A stretch of 41,586 bases of DNA from a virus (Duplodnaviria; Caudoviricetes), in IMG/VR virus record IMGVR_UViG_3300003086_000041, positions 1 through 41,586 of that record; one strand, given 5' to 3'. This document shows positions 20,001-27,500 of this stretch, piece after piece. Position numbers and translations under genes: made by a program. The notes beneath the pieces are model-generated. The model was given only the letters and a program-made list of their open reading frames with translations, did not search any database and had not been told where the DNA came from. Positions within the stretch are counted from its first letter, which is position 1. The number at the start of each line of letters is the position of its first letter.

Positions 20001-21487
20001 AGTGGTTAAAAGAATACTATACTCAAGAAATGTGGGAGGCTCTAACTGATGCTTCCATTCCTAAGAAGGCAGACTATGATATGGAAAGAATGTTTGAAAC
20101 TCTTTCTGGTAAAGGTCGTAATGGAGATACAGAATTAGCTCATGTTAATCCTTTTGAGTCTAGTGTACTAAGAGGTTTGGGAGGATCTGGAAGTGTCAAT
20201 CCTACCACAGGTCTGAGAGAATATGCTCAGCACAAACTTGCAACCGTTAAAACAAAGAGTGTAGTACAAGAAGATCTTTTGACAAAGATTAGTAAGATGA
20301 CTGAAGAACAAGCTGAGACCCTTAAAAAGCAACTTGAGTACTTTGAAAATTCATTTAACTTCCAGAAAGGTGAATTAAATGAAGAGCAGAAGAACTGGAA
20401 GTTATTCAATGACTCTGACGCTGTTAAATCATTTGAGGGCTCAACAGGTATAAGTGCTCAAGCTTTAGTACAAAGCTTTGGTGCTTCTTTTGAGATGGAA
20501 CTAGGAAGTTTATTTAAAACGGGTAAGTTTGACGTTAAGAGTATGCTTTCAACGTTTGCAACTAGTGTCAGTGTAGCCTTTATGAACTCAGCAACAGCAA
20601 TGGCAGTAGACTATATAGATAGTTTAGGAAGGGATTTATTCTCTTCTTTAGCCGGAGACGGAAAATCTGAATCTAGTAAGGTTGTAGATGATTTTGGCAC
20701 TAGTGTAAAGAAGTCTGTATCTGATACATTTGATAAAGAAACTACTGGTACCGGAGGAATATGGCAGAGTATATCCAATTTTGGTACTAAGTTATTTGAC
20801 GGTATAGGAAGTATATTTAATGGTGAGGGAGGAGACGGCGGACTTATGGGTATGCTAAAAACTGGTGGAAGCTGGCTTATGGATCTGTTTAGTGGTAGCG
20901 GTGACTGGTTATCAAGTTTATTCAGTGGTTTCACCACCACAGCTTTAGCTAAAGGTGGGTACGCAGAATTTGCAGCAGGTGGAGCAGCTAAACAAGGATA
21001 TGCAAGATTCTCTGATGGCGGTGCGATACACGGTGCAGGTGGACCAACAGCAGATGCAATTCCTGCTTGGCTATCTAATGGTGAGTATGTTATTAATGCA
21101 GCTTCTACATCACGATACAGACCTATAATAGAAGCCATCAATGCTGATGAGTTAGCTAAAGGCGGGTTCGCCAGATTTGCTAGAGGTGGATTCCCAGAGT
21201 ATACTAAGTATGCTGCGGGTGGAATTAGTGGTACTATGACTCCTGGTCCAGATATGGCAGCTATTAAGCCTATCCCTCAAGGCTCAATGGGTAAAACTGA
21301 AGTTAGTAATAATGTTAGTGTAAATGTTAATGTAACAAATGGTGGTGCTTCTGTAGATGTTGATTCTAGCTCAGGTAATGAGTTAACTCAGGAACAATCT
21401 AAAGCACTTGGTTTAATGATTGGACAGAAGATTCAGGAGCAGCTACTTGATGAGCAAAGACCTGGTGGAATTTTAAGTGAGTATTAA
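17075..21487 (+). CDS. Tape measure protein, C-terminal part, with repeated AxGG/WLSNGE modules
   Basis: Three GG...GPxxDxxxAWLSNGE(Y/F)VxNA modules and terminal EQRPGGIL, typical of lambda gpH-like C-termini. No RBS before 17075, and the frame is open from 16982. Confidence 0.8.
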   Translation: MGSGFMGFNPMKTVAHSMLTSEMGQYNDPNIVNSGMLANTRAMMADKMSGQVSPDKIAYILDRFDRFAAQFDNYKAAVDNYTEKLLAPTVVIPSIPLEKPKYNALPSASDLNHNPTWQDRDDNNRGAEFYAHGGHVSGLGGPTDDSVAAWLSNGEFVVNADAAQRNRAFLNIINEGGKIPGFYEGTRPDSYLGGGIFDAVDPQVTRVLREVAGHVLTISTLLKDQVGYSVRAIDDLSRELVFDLVSVIEFELGIPMGEFMSFISTEMSPTLDKLNITLDTINTEFTSASKTYDTITTPSEWFSPSEWFSPKAGDLPHNKFAAGGRISGPGGPKEDKIPAWLSNGEYVINAASTKKYGPLVKSINDDTLNLAAGGRSDKSKYAKFAEGGIAKFADGGSFDWMKSLQKTNVNDAVQRLADKMNINNVIKNDDVMRNTSGKMHKAGPNFKTFKGASWWVNKEGQRVRNVGKPYGNWQEGMKWKGGSAGAHRFGPFSTGNPYAGTPPNLNMHEVGTATNRNKPVSILNQYDKKPDGTAKYAKGFKSVSDEKKAALIIYDKLMAGKDPYRGKSLMVPNPVSHQGIVAKSAKGVQFAKGLAQERRIWTKGFAKKAAGSLVGLPLAGGLGIAELINILVGNPFVDEPRSVMQGFAGGGLISDFFLGKQANAINITPGWGPFGERLMPGGVGRGIMPSGGGGRSSGIPPLPNGRITIAHRGNMTREEYKTLRQQVDSRNGVFVPGLQPWDMAQRRSAARLDMWKSIHSHGSFANGGPVGNAERFVRGMDWNIMGWEDDVVPKDPMGLHKYGFSSKSRGKNDLNDRLKLSFEGLDPDAMANKAPFFFLGNPGQDPIFALRGRLAGGNIRGVAEQGWDEDGNWAKIATYFSSIEGDMVRTMAHETGHFLPSAQLGWKEVFGDKIDISWFKHLATDKNDKGGTKEDRKMNHAFTYREDQIGRELIARTRERMAVSPMGTSIKDLVPEWLKEYYTQEMWEALTDASIPKKADYDMERMFETLSGKGRNGDTELAHVNPFESSVLRGLGGSGSVNPTTGLREYAQHKLATVKTKSVVQEDLLTKISKMTEEQAETLKKQLEYFENSFNFQKGELNEEQKNWKLFNDSDAVKSFEGSTGISAQALVQSFGASFEMELGSLFKTGKFDVKSMLSTFATSVSVAFMNSATAMAVDYIDSLGRDLFSSLAGDGKSESSKVVDDFGTSVKKSVSDTFDKETTGTGGIWQSISNFGTKLFDGIGSIFNGEGGDGGLMGMLKTGGSWLMDLFSGSGDWLSSLFSGFTTTALAKGGYAEFAAGGAAKQGYARFSDGGAIHGAGGPTADAIPAWLSNGEYVINAASTSRYRPIIEAINADELAKGGFARFARGGFPEYTKYAAGGISGTMTPGPDMAAIKPIPQGSMGKTEVSNNVSVNVNVTNGGASVDVDSSSGNELTQEQSKALGLMIGQKIQEQLLDEQRPGGILSEY
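17964..18003 (+). repeat. 18-bp tandem duplication (PSEWFS x2)
   Basis: CTCCAAGTGAGTGGTTCT twice, followed by CTCC. Confidence 0.9.
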
Positions 21488-21489
21488 TT

Positions 21490-21840
21490 ATGGCATATGA
21501 TTTTAATACAGTAGTAGGAATTGTTCCTGCTAAAGGGTTTAAAGAGCAGGTTAAGGCTACTGCTTTAAAAGCTAGATATGGTGATGGATATATGCAAAGG
21601 GCTGCAGAAGGTATTAATAACTTTACTAGCGTTTTTGCCCTATCTTTTACAAATAGAACTTCAGCTGAAGCTCAAACTATTATAGATTTCTTAGAAGCTA
21701 GAAGAGGTTTTGAAAAGTTTACTTGGACTCCCCCATATAAAACAGTAGCAATTTCAGTATACTGTGAACAGTGGGCTGAGCAGTATGTTGCTCATGGTGC
21801 TATAACAGTTACTGCTACATTTGTGAGGGTATTTGAGTGA
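21490..21840 (+). CDS. Distal tail protein, lambda gpM-like
   Basis: YGDGYMQRAAEGIN, FLEARRG...FTWTPP, ATFVRVFE. Confidence 0.92.
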   Translation: MAYDFNTVVGIVPAKGFKEQVKATALKARYGDGYMQRAAEGINNFTSVFALSFTNRTSAEAQTIIDFLEARRGFEKFTWTPPYKTVAISVYCEQWAEQYVAHGAITVTATFVRVFE

Positions 21841-22661
21841 GTAGTGGGTATAAGTCCATTATAGAGGATATATACGGACTAGAGCCAGGAGCTATAGTAG
21901 AGCTTTTTGAACTTGATCTTACAACTATACCTAATTGGGTAACTCCTGCTAGTGGTGTTGAAGTACTACGTTTTCATGCAGGTACTGCAAATTATAGTGT
22001 GCATAAAAATCAAGAAATAATGTGGCAAGATAAAATCTATTACCCTTATCCTATAGAAGTATCGGGATTCGAATTTAGCGGACAAGGGGCACTACCTACT
22101 CCTTCTTTAAAAGTGGCTAATTTAACCGGAGTACTGACAACACTTATACTAGACCACGAAGATTTAGTATGGGCAAAATTAACTAGAAAAAGAACTTTTG
22201 CAAAATATTTAGATTCTGTTTGTTATGATGTTATTAATTCAACCCCTATAGAGGGTATTACTAGCTATCTAGGATGTACAGCTATTTCTGGGGGAGTTTG
22301 GCATCCTAATAGTAGCATGGATGTAAATGCTCATTTTCCTGATGATATATTCTACATAGATAGAAAGAAAACAGAAAATAGAGTGATGATAGAATTTGTA
22401 CTGTCTACTGCATTTGATGTGCATGGTACTAAACTACCTCGTAGACCTATGATTTCTAATACATGTACTTGGAAGTATAAGAGCGGGCAAGGTTGTACTT
22501 GGGTGGATAATTCTACTAAAAGGTATAGTGTTGATGATATTGCAGTAGCTAGTGAAGCAGATGACCACTGTGGTAAAAGAGTAAAGAGTTGTGAGTTGCG
22601 TTTTGGTGAGAGTAACGAGTTACCTTATGGAGGTTTCCCTGGATCTAATTTAGGATTTTAA
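21837..22661 (+). CDS. Tail tip protein, lambda gpL-like (Fe-S type Cys cluster)
   Basis: VELFELD, LRFHAG, YPIEVSGFE, RKRTFAKYLD, CTWKY....C, CGKRVKSC..RFG, PYGGFPG. Confidence 0.93.
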   Translation: MSSGYKSIIEDIYGLEPGAIVELFELDLTTIPNWVTPASGVEVLRFHAGTANYSVHKNQEIMWQDKIYYPYPIEVSGFEFSGQGALPTPSLKVANLTGVLTTLILDHEDLVWAKLTRKRTFAKYLDSVCYDVINSTPIEGITSYLGCTAISGGVWHPNSSMDVNAHFPDDIFYIDRKKTENRVMIEFVLSTAFDVHGTKLPRRPMISNTCTWKYKSGQGCTWVDNSTKRYSVDDIAVASEADDHCGKRVKSCELRFGESNELPYGGFPGSNLGF

Positions 22662-22662
22662 A

Positions 22663-23376
22663 ATGGAAGAAGAGATGAGAAAGCACACTAAGATTGAATA
22701 TCCTAGTGAGGCATGTGGGTTAGTAGTAGAAGTTAATGGTACTGATAGGTATATTCCTTGTAAGAATATAGCAGACCGTACTAACGAAGAATTTATAATT
22801 GATCCTATAGACTATGCGGATGCAGAGGACTTAGGTAAAATTAAAGCAGTATTTCATTCTCATCCAGATTGGACTGAGAAGCCTAGCGAAGGAGATTTAG
22901 TAGCTTGTGAGGAAACCAAGATACCTTGGATTATACTCAGTTGGCCAGGTAATAAGTTTTATAGGTTCGCTCCAAAAGGATATAGTGTCGATTTATTAGG
23001 TAGACCGTTCTACTACGGTATACTAGATTGTTGCACCTTATGGAGGGATATTTATAAAAGAGAGCTTAATATAGATTTTCAATGTATTGATAAAAGTGGT
23101 AGATACCCAGAGTATAACTGGTGGGAAGAGGATAAAGATTATTATATAGAGAACTTCGAATCTCAAGGATTCGTAAAATTAATTGATACGAAGCCTAAGA
23201 AGTATGATGTATTTCTTATTAAACTAGCTTCTAGGGTTGCCAATCACGCTGCAGTATATATGGGAGGAGGTATTATTATCCACCATGTACTAGGTAAATT
23301 ATCTACAAAAGAAATGTATGGTGGATATTGGCAAAAACATACAGTACACCACTTAAGGCATGAATCACTATGTTAA
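22663..23376 (+). CDS. Tail assembly protein, lambda gpK-like (JAB/MPN + NlpC/P60)
   Basis: EACG...HSHP.....PSEGD (JAB); LLGRPF..GILDC, NHAAVY, IIHH (NlpC/P60). Confidence 0.93.
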   Translation: MEEEMRKHTKIEYPSEACGLVVEVNGTDRYIPCKNIADRTNEEFIIDPIDYADAEDLGKIKAVFHSHPDWTEKPSEGDLVACEETKIPWIILSWPGNKFYRFAPKGYSVDLLGRPFYYGILDCCTLWRDIYKRELNIDFQCIDKSGRYPEYNWWEEDKDYYIENFESQGFVKLIDTKPKKYDVFLIKLASRVANHAAVYMGGGIIIHHVLGKLSTKEMYGGYWQKHTVHHLRHESLC

Positions 23377-23975
23377 CGGATGTTAAACTATACGGAGAAC
23401 TAAAAGATAAGTATGGTGCAGAATTTACTTTCGATGTAAATTCTGCTAGAGAAGTTATATCTGCCTTAATAGCTAACTTTAAGACATTTCAAGATACTCT
23501 TAGTATAGAAGGTAACCAATATGTCCTAGTATATGATAAACAAGAATTGGCTATAGATGATATTATGCTTAAAACTTTTGATAAAAGGAAAGTTTTAAAG
23601 ATAATACCAGTAGTATCTGGAGCAAAGTCTAAATGGGCTACTATTATAATAGGAATTGTATTAATATATGTAGCAGTTATGGTACCTGGAGGTATGGCTT
23701 CTATGGGTGAATTAATGGCAGGTACTGCAACTGGTGCTCAATATGCTGCAGCTGTTGCATTTAATATTGGTACTTCAATGGTAACGGGCGGTATTGCACA
23801 AATTTTAGCTGGAGACCCTGGTAGTCCTACTAGCGTAGCAAAATCTAAGAACTATTTTTTTGATGGCCCAGTAAATACAACAAGGCAAGGAGCACCCGTT
23901 CCTATTGCTTACGGGCAACTAATGGTAGGTGGAGCAGTAATTAATGCACAAATAAGGGCAGAGGAAGACCAATGA
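23370..23975 (+). CDS. Tail assembly protein, lambda gpI-like, copy 1
   Basis: VKLYGEL...YG ubiquitin-like N-terminus ending IIPVVSGA, hydrophobic helices, NYFFDGPVNTTRQGAPVPIAYG. Confidence 0.9.
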   Translation: MLTDVKLYGELKDKYGAEFTFDVNSAREVISALIANFKTFQDTLSIEGNQYVLVYDKQELAIDDIMLKTFDKRKVLKIIPVVSGAKSKWATIIIGIVLIYVAVMVPGGMASMGELMAGTATGAQYAAAVAFNIGTSMVTGGIAQILAGDPGSPTSVAKSKNYFFDGPVNTTRQGAPVPIAYGQLMVGGAVINAQIRAEEDQ

Positions 23976-24565
23976 GTGAAGTTGTACTATATGGAGAATT
24001 AAGAGAGAAGTTTGGCAAAAGTTTCTCTTTAGAGGTTCATAGTGCAGCAGAAGCAGTTCGTGCTTTATGTGCTGTTTTACCTGGATTTAAGGATTTTGTA
24101 GTTACTTCTGAAGATAGAAGTATTGGGTATCGAGTACTAGTAGATGAAATAGATAGAGGATTAGATGAACTACATAATCCTGTAGGCAGTGAAAAAATAA
24201 AAATAATACCGGCTATATTAGGATCTAAAAGTAAGGCAACTAAAATAATTCTTGGAGCTGTTATGATATATGCGGGTGTTCAGATGGGTGGTATGACCGA
24301 CGTATCAGGTGGTATTGCTAATATGACTGCTACACAAATAGCAGGTAAACTGCTGATAAATTTTGGAATGTCAATGGTATTTTCAGGCATTGCTGAATAC
24401 TTGGCTCCAGACCCCAAAGCAGCTGTAGAGGCTCCAGAGAATTACTTCTTTGATGGGCCAGTAAACACACAAAGACAAGGTGTCCCAATACCAATAGCCT
24501 ACGGGCTTGTAAGAGTAGGTGGGTCAGTAATTAATGCGTATATAGTAGCACAGGATAAAGATTAA
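23972..24565 (+). CDS. Tail assembly protein, lambda gpI-like, copy 2
   Basis: VVLYGELREKFG, AAEAVRAL, IIPAILGS, NYFFDGPVNTQRQGVPIPIAYG. Confidence 0.9.
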   Translation: MSEVVLYGELREKFGKSFSLEVHSAAEAVRALCAVLPGFKDFVVTSEDRSIGYRVLVDEIDRGLDELHNPVGSEKIKIIPAILGSKSKATKIILGAVMIYAGVQMGGMTDVSGGIANMTATQIAGKLLINFGMSMVFSGIAEYLAPDPKAAVEAPENYFFDGPVNTQRQGVPIPIAYGLVRVGGSVINAYIVAQDKD

Positions 24566-27500
24566 TGGAATATATAAAGAAACCTATTAGAGGAGCTGGA
24601 GGTGGTAAAGGCGGAGGTGGTGGCTCTGCTCCTACTGAGGATCCTAACACTCTACACTCTACTGGATCTGCTCAAGTAATAGATTTAGTATCCGAGGGAG
24701 AAATTGAAGGCTTAGTTGATGGGGCTAAGTCTATATTCTTTGATGATACTCCTCTACAAGACTCTGCAGGTAACTATAACTTTGAGGATGTTGTTTGGGA
24801 TGCGAGACAAGGAGCCCAAGGACAGGCGTATATTCCCGGATTTGAATCTGTGGGTACTCAAAAAGCAGTTGGTATTAAAATAGAAAATAGCGGGGCTACT
24901 CCTGGAGGAGTTATACGTACTCTTACTAATAGTAATATGGATGCTATACGTGTATCTCTGTACACCAATACTTTTAGTCATCAAGAAGATACAGGAGATA
25001 TCCACGGAACTAAAGTTGAATATGAGATATCTTTTCAAGTAGATAATAGTGGTAGTTGGGTAACTCAAGGTACTTTTACTAAAGAAGGAAAAACTACTGC
25101 AAGATATGACTGGAGCCATAGATTTGATATACCTGCTAGTTGGAAAACTGCTGGATTTTCTCAAGTTGCTATAAGAATTAAAAGATTAACAGAGGACTCA
25201 GATTCTCAAGTTATAAGAAACGATATATTTTGGCACACTCATACCGAGATTATAGATAACAAATTTTCTTATCCTAATAGTGCTTTAATGGGTATAAGAC
25301 TAGATGCTAAACAATTTGGCCACGTACCAAGACGAGGTTATGAAATTAAGGGGGTGAAAGTAAAAGTTCCTTCGAACTATACTCCCTATGACCCAAATTC
25401 AACTCAAGTTGGAGATTTCCTGTATTCTAGTATCTGGGATGGTACTTTTGACGTAAAGTGGACATGTAATCCTGCCTGGGTCTATTACGATCTTCTTACT
25501 AATGATAGATACGGCCTTGGACAATATTTAGATGATTATAATATTGATAAATGGGCACTATACCAAATTGCTAGATATTGTGACGCAGTAGATGATAATG
25601 GTAAGTACGTAGGAGTACCCTCTGGATTTATGGATGGGACTACTACAAAGGTAGAACCACGTTTTGCTTGTAACTTATACCTACAAGGGGCAAATGAAGC
25701 TTATAAGGTTTTAAATGACTTAGCTTCTATATTTAGAGGGCTAGTTTATTGGGACCAAGGATTAGTATCTGCAATTCAAGATGCTCCTAAATTACCAGTA
25801 TTTCATTTTACTGAGTCTAATGTGCTTGGAGGAGACTTCACATATACAGGCTCTTCCAAAAAAGCTAGACACAATGTAGTATTAGTTACTTGGAATGACC
25901 CAGCTAATGGGTATAAACAGACTGTAGAGTACGTAGAGGATAGAGAAGGCATACAAAGATACGGAATGGTAGAAAAAAGCGTTATAGCTTTTGGGTGTAC
26001 TTCTAGAGGACAAGCGCAGAGGGTAGGTAAATGGATTCTATATACTGAACGATTAGAAACTGAAGGTATTAGTTTTGCTACTGGATTTGAAGGTGCTCCA
26101 ATACGACCAGGTGATTTAATGAAGGTGTCTGATAAGCATAGAGCAGGTGTTCGCTATGGTGGGCGTATTTTGCCTAATGTATGCTCTGATACTAGTTATA
26201 CTTCTCAAACTGATTGTGAATTAGGTACTACTTATACAGGAACAGGATTAAACGATTTTATTCGTACAGGTAGCTATACTGGAGATCCTGCTGATGTGTA
26301 CAGATTTGTAGTATATTTAACTCCTCACGTACCAAAAACTCATAATATATTTGTTACTAATACTTCATGGTTTAGAGATGAAGCTTTAACAGAAGAATAT
26401 GAGAGTTGTAGTGATGGGTCTTCATCTACACCTGAGTTATGTTGTACAAATAACTCTGGAAGTTGGGACGCAGTTAATTTTACTTGTGCAGGAAGTGCTG
26501 AGGAATGGATTACCTTAAGTTCGTATGATGGGGATACTTATAGGTTTAAAAATAAAGACTCCTCTACAGCAGTAGTGCGTGAGACAAATTTAATATTTGA
26601 ATCTCCAGTATTATATGAGGGAGATATATGGGAGTATAAAACAGCAAAAGATTTTTCTGCTGTTTTAACTGCTGCTGCAGGACTTGGGCTTACATATATT
26701 GAAAACGCCCACGGTACGGGGATAGACCTGGAATTTGGGGCTACTTTTCTTACTTCTTCCATGCACGATACTTTCAATATATTTATTAATGGTTCATTAG
26801 ACTTTGCTTCCGGAGTTAACATACGCATGGAGCTAGGAGAGCAGTCTTATAACTATGGTATTAAATATGAATTTCAAAATGTAATAGGACACACTACAGG
26901 AGATTATTGGGAGTGGGACGCCAGAACATGGACTGTTACTGATAAAGGTACTATTTGTTTAGATGCCCCAGTAGAACTAAACGGCGCAGATGATATGAAT
27001 TTCAGTATCATAAAGCCAGATGATAGGTGTACTAACCAAGATGGAAGTACTAATGCATCATATACTTCTAAAGTTGCTTGTATGGGAGCAGGTAAAAATT
27101 GGGATGAAGCATCTTATATAGTAACTAAAGATGTTACTATTGATCCAGGTGCCTCTACATATTCTACCAATATTATACATTTAGAATCGGACTTAGACTT
27201 TGACCCATTACCTATGCAAGTGTGGACTTTGGAAAGAATAGGGCAAGTAGAGTCTCAATTATATAGAGTAGTAGCTATTACAGAAGATGACCTGAATAAG
27301 TTTACTGTTACTGGACTAGAATATAATGAATCTAAGTTTAATGCTATAGAACTTGGTGATGAAATAGAGGTAACAAGTATAAGTGAAAGGATGCCTTGGG
27401 GAACTGCTCCACCATCTATAACTGATATTAATATAACCGAAGAATTATATAGCAATGTAAACACCATTAGAAATAGGATGCATGTTAGTTGGGTAGCTCC

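Noticed and set aside
22663-24565. JAB plus ubiquitin-like genes as a bacterial ubiquitination or defence system
   Set aside because: No E1 or E2 is present; these are the standard lambda gpK/gpI tail-assembly proteins in their normal context.
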